Positions 49,998 through 59,931 of a stretch of DNA of 64,000 nucleotides are shown in pieces. A program made the position numbers and the translations under genes. The stretch covers positions 31,026 to 95,025 of the forward strand of contig CAJTIX010000003.1 of the NCBI GenBank assembly GCA_910576795.1, read 5' to 3'. This DNA comes from an uncultured Bacilli bacterium (GTDB lineage: Bacteria > Bacillota_I > Bacilli_A > RF39 > UBA660). Under the pieces are notes generated by a model, which saw only the letters and a program-made list of their open reading frames with translations, was not told the origin of the DNA and ran no database searches. Each line of letters begins with the position of its first letter. The first letter of the stretch is position 1.

Positions 49998-50432
49998 ATG
50001 AACCCAAACCGAGAATTTTGTGCTTCTGCATATATTATAGATCCTATTTCTAAAAAGATATTATTAGTAAAACATAAAGATTATGATAGATGGACACAAC
50101 CAGGTGGTCATATTGAAAAAGGAGAAATCCCAGAAGAGGCTGCAGCTCGTGAAGTTTATGAAGAAACAGGTTTGAAAGTAAAAATATTAGGAGAACATTT
50201 TCCAAGAGAAGAAGATTATATTAGACCACTTGGAATTCAAAGAAATAGATCTAGTAATGGTGAAACATTTATCGATATGATATATCCTGCTATTCCATTA
50301 CATGATATGGAGCCTAAAATGAATGATGAAAGTATCGATATTAGGTGGTTTTCTAGAGAGGAATTGGATACTATTCCTGTATTTGAGGACATTAAAATCA
50401 CAATGGATTATATCTTAAAGAATTATTTTTAA
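49998..50432 (+). CDS. NUDIX hydrolase
   Basis: Nudix box GGHIEKGEIPEEAAAREVYEETGL. Confidence 0.8.
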   Translation: MNPNREFCASAYIIDPISKKILLVKHKDYDRWTQPGGHIEKGEIPEEAAAREVYEETGLKVKILGEHFPREEDYIRPLGIQRNRSSNGETFIDMIYPAIPLHDMEPKMNDESIDIRWFSREELDTIPVFEDIKITMDYILKNYF

Positions 50433-51064
50433 AAGGATACATTACAATATCCTTTTTTAAGTTCTCTTTTCATTTTAGATTTGATTTTGCGATTGATTTT
50501 TTTCCGTCCTTTTGGATATATAATATAAATGAAGATAATGAAAGTGATTATGATTACAATATACCAATAATTTACTTTTTTTGGATCTTCATCACTCCAT
50601 ATACCGATTTGTTTTTCTTTGGCAATTGCTTCATGTTCTTGTAATAAAGAGGTATAAGCATAATCTCCATATAAATAAGCAACCTTGGCAAGGCCATTTT
50701 GAATTAAAGCATCTTGTAATAAAATGTCATCTACATAAACCCATGCGAGATGGCGATTGTATTTGTCATATAAGTCACTATCTTTATCATATTCTAATAC
50801 AATAGTTTTGGCATTCTGAATCGCTTTACATGTAAAATCACTTGCCTCTTTTCCATATGGTTCTTCTTTTTTCTTCGGATGTTTTGTTTCTGGAGTATCA
50901 ATTGCTAAAAATCGTACAGTAATTTCTTCATCTTGAAGCATAAATTTCGCGGTATCTCCGTCTACACATTTTGAAAATGTTACATTCACTTGCCTATTTT
51001 GCGCAAATATAACAGTTGGATATATTATCAATAAAGAGAAAACTAAAAATAAGACTTTTTTCAT
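50429..51064 (-). CDS. secreted thermonuclease (SNase-like) with C-terminal membrane anchor
   Basis: Signal peptide MKKVLFLVFSLLIIYPTVIFA. SNase motifs (TVRFLAIDTPETKHP...YGKEAS, AWVYVDD). C-terminal hydrophobic tail followed by a KR-rich tract. ATG at 51064 chosen on its RBS. Confidence 0.75.
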   Translation of the reverse strand: MKKVLFLVFSLLIIYPTVIFAQNRQVNVTFSKCVDGDTAKFMLQDEEITVRFLAIDTPETKHPKKKEEPYGKEASDFTCKAIQNAKTIVLEYDKDSDLYDKYNRHLAWVYVDDILLQDALIQNGLAKVAYLYGDYAYTSLLQEHEAIAKEKQIGIWSDEDPKKVNYWYIVIIITFIIFIYIIYPKGRKKINRKIKSKMKRELKKGYCNVSF

Positions 51065-51174
51065 ACAACCATCCTTTATTATCAGTATAGCAGGTGTAGA
51101 TAAATATAAGCAAGTAGAAAGTTGACAATTTTGAGTAAGCTGTCTTACAATAAAAAGGAAAGGATGAATGTGAT

Positions 51175-51885
51175 ATGCAAAAGAAACCAATGATTGGAAT
51201 TATTGGAAGACCCGATATAGCAAGCGATGAGGATGCAGTAGTCTGCATTTGGGAAAAGACAAGAAGGGCCATTGTTCAAAAAGGCGGAATTCCACTACTT
51301 GTATTACCTACACAAAATCTGATATATGAAGAGTTACGGCCAAAAGATACACCAAGATTAACGATTCAAGAAAAAGAAGATCTAAAATCAGTTGTGGATT
51401 GTTGTAATGGACTATTGATACCAGGTGGGTACAAATGGTATGAATACGATACTTTTATTTATCAGTACGCATTAGAAAAAAATATGCCAGTTTTAGGTAT
51501 TTGCGCAGGAATGCAGATGATAGCAAGTGTAGATAATATGAATAGAGAGGAAGAAGTGAAAGGAAATGCAAAAAATGATACAGCAATTGATCATCATCAA
51601 AGAGAACAGAAATATGTACATAGTATAAATATAATGGATAATACTTTATTAAAGAAAATAGTTGATAAAAATGAAATTCAGGTCAATAGTAAACATAACT
51701 ATCATGTACAAACTACGACAAATTTAGTCATTTCTGCTTATTCAGAAGATGGTTTAATAGAAGCAATAGAGCATCCAAAGAAAGAATTTGTAATTGGAGT
51801 GCAATGGCATCCTGAAACAATGTTAGATTATGATGAATCTGCAAATAAAATATTGGATGCTTTTATAGAAGCTTGTAAGAAATAA
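51175..51885 (+). CDS. class I glutamine amidotransferase-like / peptidase C26 (gamma-glutamyl hydrolase family)
   Basis: Catalytic Cys LGICAGMQM, and His in GVQWHPE. Confidence 0.75.
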   Translation: MQKKPMIGIIGRPDIASDEDAVVCIWEKTRRAIVQKGGIPLLVLPTQNLIYEELRPKDTPRLTIQEKEDLKSVVDCCNGLLIPGGYKWYEYDTFIYQYALEKNMPVLGICAGMQMIASVDNMNREEEVKGNAKNDTAIDHHQREQKYVHSINIMDNTLLKKIVDKNEIQVNSKHNYHVQTTTNLVISAYSEDGLIEAIEHPKKEFVIGVQWHPETMLDYDESANKILDAFIEACKK

Positions 51886-51949
51886 TATATTCTATTTGCA
51901 AACACAGCACTTATGAAAATTTGACAAGTAATATCAATGATGTTAGAAT

Positions 51950-52924
51950 ATGTCAAGTATTTCAAGAGGGGGAATTTGTGTGGAACTATTGCCTTATAGT
52001 ATAGAAAAAAATTTAAATATAGAAGAAAAAAAACAATATTATAGTAATATTCTTAAATATTGCAAGCAATTAAGATCAAGAACGTCAAGTGGGATTAGTT
52101 TTGGGCAAATGGCAATTTCAAATTTTTATATGAAAAATTTTTATAATAATATGTTACATATAGAGGGGACACAAAATATTCCCAATTGTCCATCTATTAT
52201 TTTGTGTAATCATTCCACTGCTCACGACATATTTTCCATGTATATCGCAATGGAAAAATTGGGAATTCCCACTAGTGTTATGGTGGCCACCGATTGTTTA
52301 AATCCGTTCTCCAAGATGGTATTTTCAATAGCGGATTCAGTATTCTTAGATCGTACGAATCCTTTATCCTCTTCTAGTAGTGTTTTACGTGCATCTACCA
52401 CTCTTCTAGAAGGAAAAAGTCTAGTAATTTTTGGAGAATCTACATGGAATCTGCATCCAACAAAAGCAATGCAGGATATTAAAAAAGGATGTAGCATGAT
52501 ATCTGCAATTACAGGGTATCCAGTAATTCCATCAATATTAGAATATATTGAAAAGCCAAATATTTTTGATCAAGAAAGCGAAATCTACAAAAAAATAATA
52601 TTAAGGTTCGGAAATGCTCATGAAATTGCTGTAACAGATGATTTATCACTTAAAACTGCTGAATTTCAAAAAGAAATGGAACAAATGAGGCAAACAATAT
52701 GGAGTGAAAATAAGATTGAACGTTCTAATATTTCGATGATTGATCCCAAGATTTATATCAATCATACATATTTGAAAAAATTTAAAGTATTTGGGTTTAC
52801 TTATAATTCTGAATATGAGGCAAAATTTTTGCGTAATAATAATGGCAATGTAATTGAAAATGAATATTATATTAGCGAAAATAATGAGTTTGTACCAGGA
52901 ATTACCTATAAGAAAAGAAAATAG
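51950..52924 (+). CDS. PlsC-family lysophospholipid acyltransferase-like protein
   Basis: H-x4-D motif NHSTAHD, and an FGESTW block (FPEGT-like). Confidence 0.6.
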   Translation: MSSISRGGICVELLPYSIEKNLNIEEKKQYYSNILKYCKQLRSRTSSGISFGQMAISNFYMKNFYNNMLHIEGTQNIPNCPSIILCNHSTAHDIFSMYIAMEKLGIPTSVMVATDCLNPFSKMVFSIADSVFLDRTNPLSSSSSVLRASTTLLEGKSLVIFGESTWNLHPTKAMQDIKKGCSMISAITGYPVIPSILEYIEKPNIFDQESEIYKKIILRFGNAHEIAVTDDLSLKTAEFQKEMEQMRQTIWSENKIERSNISMIDPKIYINHTYLKKFKVFGFTYNSEYEAKFLRNNNGNVIENEYYISENNEFVPGITYKKRK

Positions 52925-53011
52925 TTTATTGAAATATATTCCGATAGACTATTTTCTTTGTTTTTGTTATCTAATATGTTATAATTTTTTTAGAATTGTG
53001 AGGAATATATT

Positions 53012-54919
53012 ATGAGTAGTATTTATTTTTCAATTAGTGCGTTATTTTGCATTATATTACTATTAGTTTTATTTTTTTCTAAAAAAAAGATAGAAAGTAA
53101 AGAAACTAAAATTTATGGTTTTATGCTAATTAGTAGTTTGATAGATGTTATTTTAGTTATAGTTGAATTGCTAATTACATACTATTGTTCTACAGAAAAA
53201 GCAGAACTAATTGTAAAGATTTTAAATAAAATTGATTTTATGCATTATATTCTTTGGCCTTTATTACTCACTTTATATATTTATTACATTACGTACAAAG
53301 ATACAAAAAAATATAATAAATTTAAGAAGTTTATGATTTCATTTAGTATTATGGCAATTTTTGTTGAATTTCTATTACCAATTGATATTATCTCTAATCA
53401 AGAAACAATGGGTGTAACAGGGATAGGAACCATGTTTATTTATAGTGTTGCTTTAGTTAACTTTGCAATAGAACTATTTATTTTTATAAAAAATATAAAA
53501 TCCATCAATCGCAAAAAAGCAATCCCTTTTCTATTTTTAATTGTATTTATTGGAATTGCTGTGATTGTGAGGGTATTAGATCCTACATTAATTGTAATTC
53601 CTGCAATTATTGTGTTTATCAATATGATTATGTACCATACGATTGAAAATCCAGACTTAAATATGATATCGCAATTGGAATTAGCTAAAAATCAAGCAGA
53701 AAAAGCCAACCGTGCCAAATCCGATTTTTTATCTAGTATGTCTCATGAAATTAGAACTCCATTAAATGCCATTGTAGGTTTATCAGAAGATAACTTAACC
53801 TATCAAGATCAATTACCAAAGGAGGTTGTTGAAAACTCAAAAGACATCGTAAATGCGAGTCAAACTTTACTAGAAATTGTAGGAAATATATTAGATATCA
53901 ATAAAATCGAAAGTGAAAAAATGGAAATGGTAGAAAATCCTTATCACTTTAAAGAAGAAATTAAAAGGATGGCAAAAGTAACCTCAACTCGTATTGGTGA
54001 AAAAAATATTGAGTTCAATTTGAATATTGCGGAAGATATCCCAGATGAATTAATAGGCGATAAAGTACATGTCAAAGGAATTATCAACAACCTATTAACA
54101 AATGCTATTAAATATACAGAACAAGGAACCATTGATTTAAATATAAAATGTATCAATGAAAAAGGAATTTGTAATTTAATTATTACTGTACAAGATACGG
54201 GAAGAGGAATCAAAGCAGAACAAATTAATAAATTGTTTACTAAATTTGAAAGACTTGATATTGAAAAAAACTCTACTACCGAAGGAACAGGATTAGGGCT
54301 TGCGATCACCAAAGCATTGGTAGATATGATGGGTGGAAAAATCAATGTGCAAAGTCAGTATGGGAAAGGGTCTATCTTTATGGTTCAATTACCACAAAAG
54401 ATTAGTAAATTAACTATTCCAAAAGAAAATGTTTCAGATACACAAATTAAAAATAACGAAGAAATTCCTGCAAATTACGAAAATAAGAGAATCTTAATTG
54501 TAGATGATAATAAACTCAATATTAAAGTGGCCAAACGAGCATTAGCTGATTTTAACTTTCAAATTGAAGAAGCAGAAGATGGTTTGCAATGCTTAGAAAA
54601 AGTAGTGAATGGTGATGAATTTGATTTAATTCTAATGGATATTATGATGCCTAATATGAGTGGAGAAACAGCACTACAAAAATTAAAAGAAAATCCAAAC
54701 TTTAAAATACCAGTGATAGCTTTAACTGCAGATGCAATCGCAGGAGCGAAAGAAAAATATATTAAAGAAGGCTTTGTGGATTATATTCCAAAACCATTTA
54801 GCAGAGATCAAATCAAAGAAAAATTAGATAAGATATTTAAACACAGTAACTTTGGAAGCGAAGATAGGTGGAAAAATGCGGCAACCTATATATTTGAATC
54901 CAATAAAGACCAAAAATAG
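53012..54919 (+). CDS. hybrid sensor histidine kinase / response regulator with polytopic N-terminal sensor
   Basis: About six TM segments. HisKA H-box [11 protein letters not shown], HATPase_c N/G boxes, and a C-terminal REC domain (ILIVDDN...[10 protein letters not shown]). Confidence 0.85.
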   Translation: MSSIYFSISALFCIILLLVLFFSKKKIESKETKIYGFMLISSLIDVILVIVELLITYYCSTEKAELIVKILNKIDFMHYILWPLLLTLYIYYITYKDTKKYNKFKKFMISFSIMAIFVEFLLPIDIISNQETMGVTGIGTMFIYSVALVNFAIELFIFIKNIKSINRKKAIPFLFLIVFIGIAVIVRVLDPTLIVIPAIIVFINMIMYHTIENPDLNMISQLELAKNQAEKANRAKSDFLSSMSHEIRTPLNAIVGLSEDNLTYQDQLPKEVVENSKDIVNASQTLLEIVGNILDINKIESEKMEMVENPYHFKEEIKRMAKVTSTRIGEKNIEFNLNIAEDIPDELIGDKVHVKGIINNLLTNAIKYTEQGTIDLNIKCINEKGICNLIITVQDTGRGIKAEQINKLFTKFERLDIEKNSTTEGTGLGLAITKALVDMMGGKINVQSQYGKGSIFMVQLPQKISKLTIPKENVSDTQIKNNEEIPANYENKRILIVDDNKLNIKVAKRALADFNFQIEEAEDGLQCLEKVVNGDEFDLILMDIMMPNMSGETALQKLKENPNFKIPVIALTADAIAGAKEKYIKEGFVDYIPKPFSRDQIKEKLDKIFKHSNFGSEDRWKNAATYIFESNKDQK

Positions 54920-55001
54920 ATAAATGTTACTAGATAGTTTTTAATTTGACAAGAGGTGCTAATTATGCTAGGATACATCACTAAAGAAAGGAAGAGATAT
55001 T

Positions 55002-55577
55002 GTGGAACAAGAAAAAAATATAGAAACAGAAGAGTTCACAATTGAAAAAGTAGAAACGAAAAATGGTGTAGAAGTGCAAAGAGCAAGAAGTATGGGTCAT
55101 GCAATATTACAATTATTATGGTCTGCCTCATCGATTGTAACTGCATGTGGTTGTTTCATGACAATGCCAAATGTTATACATCCATTAGAATCAGTTGCAA
55201 TAGGAACTGGTGGAATCAATTTAATAGGATTAGCTTTTCAACAATTTTCGAATTATAAAAATGAATTAAAACGTCCAACTAAAAAAGAAATCGAGAATAA
55301 CCCTACAGAATTTACAATTGAAAAGGTAACGAAAACGTCAAATAAAAAGATCCAAAAAACGGTCAAAGGCTATCGAAAAATGCTTAGATGGGTATCGTTC
55401 ACATTTATATATTCAATGATGATTATTTGCGCACATTCTAGTTGCAATATATCTACAAGTTTATTTGAATTTATTTCTTGTGCAAATGGAACATTTGGAT
55501 TACTACTCAGAATGTCTAGTTTTGAAGATATATATACTCGTACAGTAGAAGAAGACCAGAAAGAAAAGACAAAATAA
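55002..55577 (+). CDS. hypothetical membrane protein with internal tandem duplication
   Basis: Two repeats: [E/P]TEEFTIEKVxxKxG, then a basic stretch, then a Cys-containing hydrophobic segment (TACGCFMTMP; ICAHSSCNISTS...ISCANGTFG). Confidence 0.45.
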   Translation: MEQEKNIETEEFTIEKVETKNGVEVQRARSMGHAILQLLWSASSIVTACGCFMTMPNVIHPLESVAIGTGGINLIGLAFQQFSNYKNELKRPTKKEIENNPTEFTIEKVTKTSNKKIQKTVKGYRKMLRWVSFTFIYSMMIICAHSSCNISTSLFEFISCANGTFGLLLRMSSFEDIYTRTVEEDQKEKTK

Positions 55578-55792
55578 TGGAAGAAAACGTTGTATTAACA
55601 TTAAGTGATAAAAACCAATATGTAATAGTGGAAAGAATTATGTATGAAAATAACGAATATCTATATTTAGTGGATATCAATCATAATGAAAATATCATGT
55701 TTTGCAAATTAGATGGTGCAAAATTAACAAAAGTACAAGATACAGAATTGTTAGGAAAACTAATTATTGCACTGAACAAAAAGAATAATTAA
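55577..55792 (+). CDS. small hypothetical protein, possibly DUF1292-like
   Basis: 71 aa. Stop/start overlap with the upstream ORF. Pattern VLTLSDKNQ...YLYLVD resembles DUF1292 (ITLxDExGNE...EYAVL). Confidence 0.35.
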   Translation: MEENVVLTLSDKNQYVIVERIMYENNEYLYLVDINHNENIMFCKLDGAKLTKVQDTELLGKLIIALNKKNN

Positions 55793-55832
55793 ATATATTC
55801 TTTTTTTGACATAAAATTGACGTAAAATGGAT

Positions 55833-55861
55833 TTGACTTGATAAAAAGCATGTGCTATAAT
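55833..55861 (+). promoter_or_regulatory. sigma-A promoter for typA
   Basis: TTGACT at 55833-55838, a 17-bp spacer, then TGc-TATAAT at 55853-55861. Two further TTGAC motifs sit upstream. Confidence 0.5.
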
Positions 55862-55888
55862 ACCAAAGGTTATTGAGGAAGTGTATAT

Positions 55889-57697
55889 ATGAAAAATATA
55901 AGAAATATAGCGATTATTGCCCATGTTGACCACGGAAAAACAACACTAGTAGATCAACTTTTAAAGCAATCTGGTACATTTAGAAGCAATGAACAAATTG
56001 ATGAAAGAGCAATGGATAGTAATGATATCGAAAAAGAAAGAGGAATCACTATTCTAGCTAAAACAACAGCAATTGATTACAAAGGATATCGTATCAATAT
56101 ATTAGATACCCCAGGTCATGCCGATTTCGGTGGAGAAGTAGAACGTATCATGAATATGGTAGATGGAGTATTACTCGTTGTAGATGCATACGAAGGAACA
56201 ATGCCTCAAACAAGATTCGTTTTAAAAAAGGCATTAGAAGCAGGTGTAACTCCAATTTTAGTTGTGAATAAAATAGACAAACCAACAGCTAGACCTGCTC
56301 AAGTTGTAGATGAAGTATTAGATTTATTCATTGAATTAGGTGCGGATGAAAGTCAATTGGAATTTCCAGTAGTATATGCATCAGGACTTGCAGGAACTTC
56401 AAGTTTAGACCCAGATGTGAATACGCAACAACCAACTATGGATCCAATTTTAGACCTAATTATTAGTGAAATTCCAGAACCTAGAGTAAGCGAAGGAGCC
56501 TTACAATTTCAACCTGCATTACTAGATTATAATGACTTTGTGGGTAGAATTGGAATTGGTGTTGTAAAACGTGGCAAAATGAAAGTGAATGAAATGGTTT
56601 CCTGTGTACGTTTAGATGGAAGTATCAAACAATTTAGAATTCAAAAAATGTTCGGATATATTGGATTAAAACGAATTGAAATTGAAGAAGCAAATGCAGG
56701 TGATATTGTTGCTATTGCAGGTCTTCCAGATATTAGTGTAGGAGAGACAGTATGTGAAATTGGCCATGAAGAAGCACTTCCTATCTTAAGAATTGATGAA
56801 CCAACTTTACAAATGACGTTTGGGGTCAATACATCTCCATTTGTAGGACGCGAAGGAAAAATCATTACAGCTAGAAAAATAGAAGAAAGATTGATGAAAG
56901 AAACAGAGCGAGATGTGTCCTTAAAAGTAAAACCTAATGATTCAGAATCATTTATTGTATCTGGACGTGGAGAATTACATTTATCTATTTTAATTGAAAA
57001 TATGCGCAGAGAAGGATTTGAATTACAAGTATCCAAACCAGAGGTTATTGTAAAAGAAATCGATGGCATCAAATGTGAACCATATGAAGATGTTCAAATC
57101 GATGTACCAGATGAATATGTAGGAAATGTAATAGAAGCCTTAGGAAATCGTGAAGGCTCTATGGAGCATATGAGTAATAGTGAAGGGCAAACAAGATTGA
57201 TTTATACAATGCCATCACGTGGTTTAATTGGTTTCTCAACTGAATTTATGACTATGACCAAAGGATATGGTATGATGAGTCATACCTTTAAAGAATACCG
57301 TAAAATGGCCAGTAGCAAAGTAGGAGAAAGAAAATTAGGCGTACTTGTTTCTATGGAAAACGGAAAAGCTACTGCCTATGCTTTAGGACAACTAGAAGAT
57401 AGAGGTATCATGTTTGTAGAACCAGGTGCTGATATCTACGAAGGTATGATTGTTGGAGAACATAGCCATGACAATGACCTAGCAGTCAATGTGGTAAAAG
57501 GAAAGAATTTAACCAATACGAGAAGTGCTGGAAAAGATCATACCGTTGTATTGAAACGTCCAAGATTAATGAGTCTTGAATATTGCTTAGATTACATTAA
57601 CAGTGATGAATTAGTCGAAATTACACCAATTAATTTTAGACTTCGTAAAAAAATACTGAATACAAATGAAAGAAAGAAATATGATAGTAGAAAGTAG
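55889..57697 (+). CDS. typA: translational GTPase TypA/BipA
   Basis: 602 aa with G motifs AHVDHGKTT and DTPGH. EF-G-like domains. Confidence 0.95.
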   Translation: MKNIRNIAIIAHVDHGKTTLVDQLLKQSGTFRSNEQIDERAMDSNDIEKERGITILAKTTAIDYKGYRINILDTPGHADFGGEVERIMNMVDGVLLVVDAYEGTMPQTRFVLKKALEAGVTPILVVNKIDKPTARPAQVVDEVLDLFIELGADESQLEFPVVYASGLAGTSSLDPDVNTQQPTMDPILDLIISEIPEPRVSEGALQFQPALLDYNDFVGRIGIGVVKRGKMKVNEMVSCVRLDGSIKQFRIQKMFGYIGLKRIEIEEANAGDIVAIAGLPDISVGETVCEIGHEEALPILRIDEPTLQMTFGVNTSPFVGREGKIITARKIEERLMKETERDVSLKVKPNDSESFIVSGRGELHLSILIENMRREGFELQVSKPEVIVKEIDGIKCEPYEDVQIDVPDEYVGNVIEALGNREGSMEHMSNSEGQTRLIYTMPSRGLIGFSTEFMTMTKGYGMMSHTFKEYRKMASSKVGERKLGVLVSMENGKATAYALGQLEDRGIMFVEPGADIYEGMIVGEHSHDNDLAVNVVKGKNLTNTRSAGKDHTVVLKRPRLMSLEYCLDYINSDELVEITPINFRLRKKILNTNERKKYDSRK

Positions 57698-57703
57698 TAT
57701 CTT
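57677..57703 (+). terminator. rho-independent terminator after typA
   Basis: AGAAAGtagtatCTTTCT followed by TTTTTTG. Confidence 0.55.
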
Positions 57704-57742
57704 TCTTTTTTTGACGCCATAAATAGAATAGGAGAATAAAAG

Positions 57743-58654
57743 ATGACAACACAGTCTGTACAACAGGTATTAAATGAATTAAAAAATAAAAAGGAAAATA
57801 TGATTTTAACAAGTTCTGCTTTCGGAGTAGCAGAAGCATATCTCTATGCATATAAGAAACAATGTAATTTAGATCATAAGATAGTAACCATTACTGAAAT
57901 ATATGAAGTGAATACTCAAAAAAAAGGATTAGATGAACTTGACTTATCCTTTTATATCGAATCTTCCTTAGCACTTAATTTAAGTGAGCAATTACTGAAA
58001 AGAAATTTAAAAGATGAGACACTTAGAATTATCAGAACAAAAATGCAAAGAAATTGTGAACGCTTTCAAGTAGGTATGGAAAGAGACTATAAAACAAAAT
58101 ACCAACAAGGCATGTATTTAAATCCCATATTAGATTATATAAAATCCAATTTTGAATGGGAGTGGTTAATTGCAAATTTTGATAGGCCTATTGTAGAAGC
58201 AAGTAAAATCCAATCTTGTATACATCAATATGTAAATGGTCTTAGAGGACCATCTCGCATGATAGTTTCTGCCTATGACCCAAAAGTAATTGGAGAAGAA
58301 AGTTATGGATCATTTCAAATTATGAATCTTTCTAGTCAGAAAGAATACCAACAATTATTACAAGAAGCGATGCTGATGCTTTATCATTTATATCCGATTT
58401 TATGGAGACATCACCAAATGATTTATCGTGTTTTAAATCATCCTATTTTCCAGCAATCTTATATCAATGGAGAATATACTTATGACAATTTTATGAGAGG
58501 ATTACGAAAATTTTATGATGCTCACCATTGTATTGACGCCAGTGGTTGCTTTATAAGTGATGAAGAATATCTTTGCATTATACAAGACTATATAAAAAAT
58601 AGCATTTCTGAAAATATAGAAGAACAAAAGAAAAAGTCGAAACTTTATATCTAA
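57743..58654 (+). CDS. hypothetical protein (303 aa)
   Basis: AGGAGAATAAAAG RBS. No recognised domain. A bidirectional terminator hairpin (AGTCGAA...TTCGACT) follows. Confidence 0.5.
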   Translation: MTTQSVQQVLNELKNKKENMILTSSAFGVAEAYLYAYKKQCNLDHKIVTITEIYEVNTQKKGLDELDLSFYIESSLALNLSEQLLKRNLKDETLRIIRTKMQRNCERFQVGMERDYKTKYQQGMYLNPILDYIKSNFEWEWLIANFDRPIVEASKIQSCIHQYVNGLRGPSRMIVSAYDPKVIGEESYGSFQIMNLSSQKEYQQLLQEAMLMLYHLYPILWRHHQMIYRVLNHPIFQQSYINGEYTYDNFMRGLRKFYDAHHCIDASGCFISDEEYLCIIQDYIKNSISENIEEQKKKSKLYI

Positions 58655-58663
58655 GTTCGACTT

Positions 58664-58891
58664 TTATTCTACATCAAAGAAATGTCTGATATCGGTTTCT
58701 AAAACGGCTGCGATTTGTTCTAGGGTATCAATAGAGATAGTTTGATAAGTAACAGATTCTAATTTTCCTATAAAACTATCACTTAACAATAACCTTTCTG
58801 CTAACTCACGTTGTGTCATACCCATTTTTTTTCTGTACTTCTTGATATTCTTTCCAATAATATTGTATATATTTGTTTGTTTACTAGTCAT
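58664..58891 (-). CDS. XRE-family HTH transcriptional regulator (Cro/CI-type)
   Basis: 75 aa. HTH segment MTQRELAERLLLSDSFIGKLE. Confidence 0.7.
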   Translation of the reverse strand: MTSKQTNIYNIIGKNIKKYRKKMGMTQRELAERLLLSDSFIGKLESVTYQTISIDTLEQIAAVLETDIRHFFDVE

Positions 58892-58981
58892 TTACATCAC
58901 CCACTTTAATTTTCTCATACAAATTCGCAAAATATTATAGACTAATAATCTAATATTTGGTATATTAAAAAGGGTGATAAG

Positions 58982-59185
58982 ATGTATAGTATGCAGAAAT
59001 TAAGACTACTGAGAAAAGAGAAGGGAGTCACAATATACGATATGGCAAAAAAACTTTCTATCACACCTTCTTTTTATTCACAAATTGAAAACAAAAAAAG
59101 AAGATTATTCTATGATACAGCGGTACGAATTGGAATCATTTTTAATATGAGACCAGATTTCATTTTTTATGCAAAACAACAGTAA
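58982..59185 (+). CDS. XRE-family HTH protein, divergent partner
   Basis: 67 aa. HTH-like segment VTIYDMAKKLSITPSFYSQIE. A bidirectional terminator follows. Confidence 0.6.
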   Translation: MYSMQKLRLLRKEKGVTIYDMAKKLSITPSFYSQIENKKRRLFYDTAVRIGIIFNMRPDFIFYAKQQ

Positions 59186-59189
59186 GTCT

Positions 59190-59480
59190 TTATAGACTTT
59201 TTTTGATGTCATCTATTTCTTTTTGCAATGCCTGCATCATCTTTTGCATCATTACTATAGTTTCTTCAGCAGTAGGTGTTTTTTTATTACTTTGATCTAA
59301 CCCACGTTCTGCTTGTACTTGTTTATAAAATGCATTCGTAGAAAGAACTTGCGCTACCAACATAAGCCAATTTCCAAGTGCATTTTGTTCATTTGCAGTC
59401 AAATCATCAATGAGTAAATAACCAACAATCACTGCACTAAAGGAGAATACTTTAGCTGGTACATTGGGAATTAGATTCAT
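59190..59480 (-). CDS. hypothetical protein (96 aa)
   Basis: AGGAGGATATT RBS. A CATATACTA (CATA-N3-TA) motif lies about 35 bp upstream on the minus strand. Family unknown. Confidence 0.45.
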   Translation of the reverse strand: MNLIPNVPAKVFSFSAVIVGYLLIDDLTANEQNALGNWLMLVAQVLSTNAFYKQVQAERGLDQSNKKTPTAEETIVMMQKMMQALQKEIDDIKKSL

Positions 59481-59702
59481 AATATCCTCCTTTTCATTAG
59501 TATATGAATTTCAATATAACTTTCATAACTGGATTTGCTAAAAAGAGTCATATTGAAAATGAAAACAACATAATCTATAGTAAACTGCTTGCTTAACCAT
59601 ACAAATTATGTTATATTTAGATTGGTTTAAAATTATGTTGTCACTTTCCTTTTTGAAAGCACATTATAATTCTAAGTTCCAAATCAAAAAGGAGGTAACA
59701 AA

Positions 59703-59921
59703 ATGGAAAAAACATATGAAGATATTACCATTGTTTGTAAAGATTGTGGTAAAGAATTCGTTTTCGAAGCTGGTCAACAAAGACATTTTGATTCTTTAGG
59801 ATTTACAAATCAACCTGTAAGATGTAAAGAATGTCGTGATAAGAAAAAAGCGGAACGAAATAATCATGAAACAAATGATTTTACAAGAAGTCATCAAGAT
59901 GATTATAGCCAAGCTGCATAA
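59703..59921 (+). CDS. zinc-ribbon domain protein (CxxC-x17-CxxC, zf-trcl-like)
   Basis: 72 aa. CKDCGKEFVFEAGQQRHFDSLGFTNQPVRCKECR fits the probable-zinc-ribbon family pattern. AAAAGGAGG RBS. Confidence 0.6.
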   Translation: MEKTYEDITIVCKDCGKEFVFEAGQQRHFDSLGFTNQPVRCKECRDKKKAERNNHETNDFTRSHQDDYSQAA

Positions 59922-59931
59922 AAAAACTCTG

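Noticed and set aside
55801-55845. Three TTGAC(A/G/T)T motifs upstream of typA as a possible repeated operator
   Set aside because: They are most simply explained as alternative or overlapping -35 elements in an AT-rich promoter region. Only the one with correct 17-bp spacing to the TG-TATAAT is annotated.
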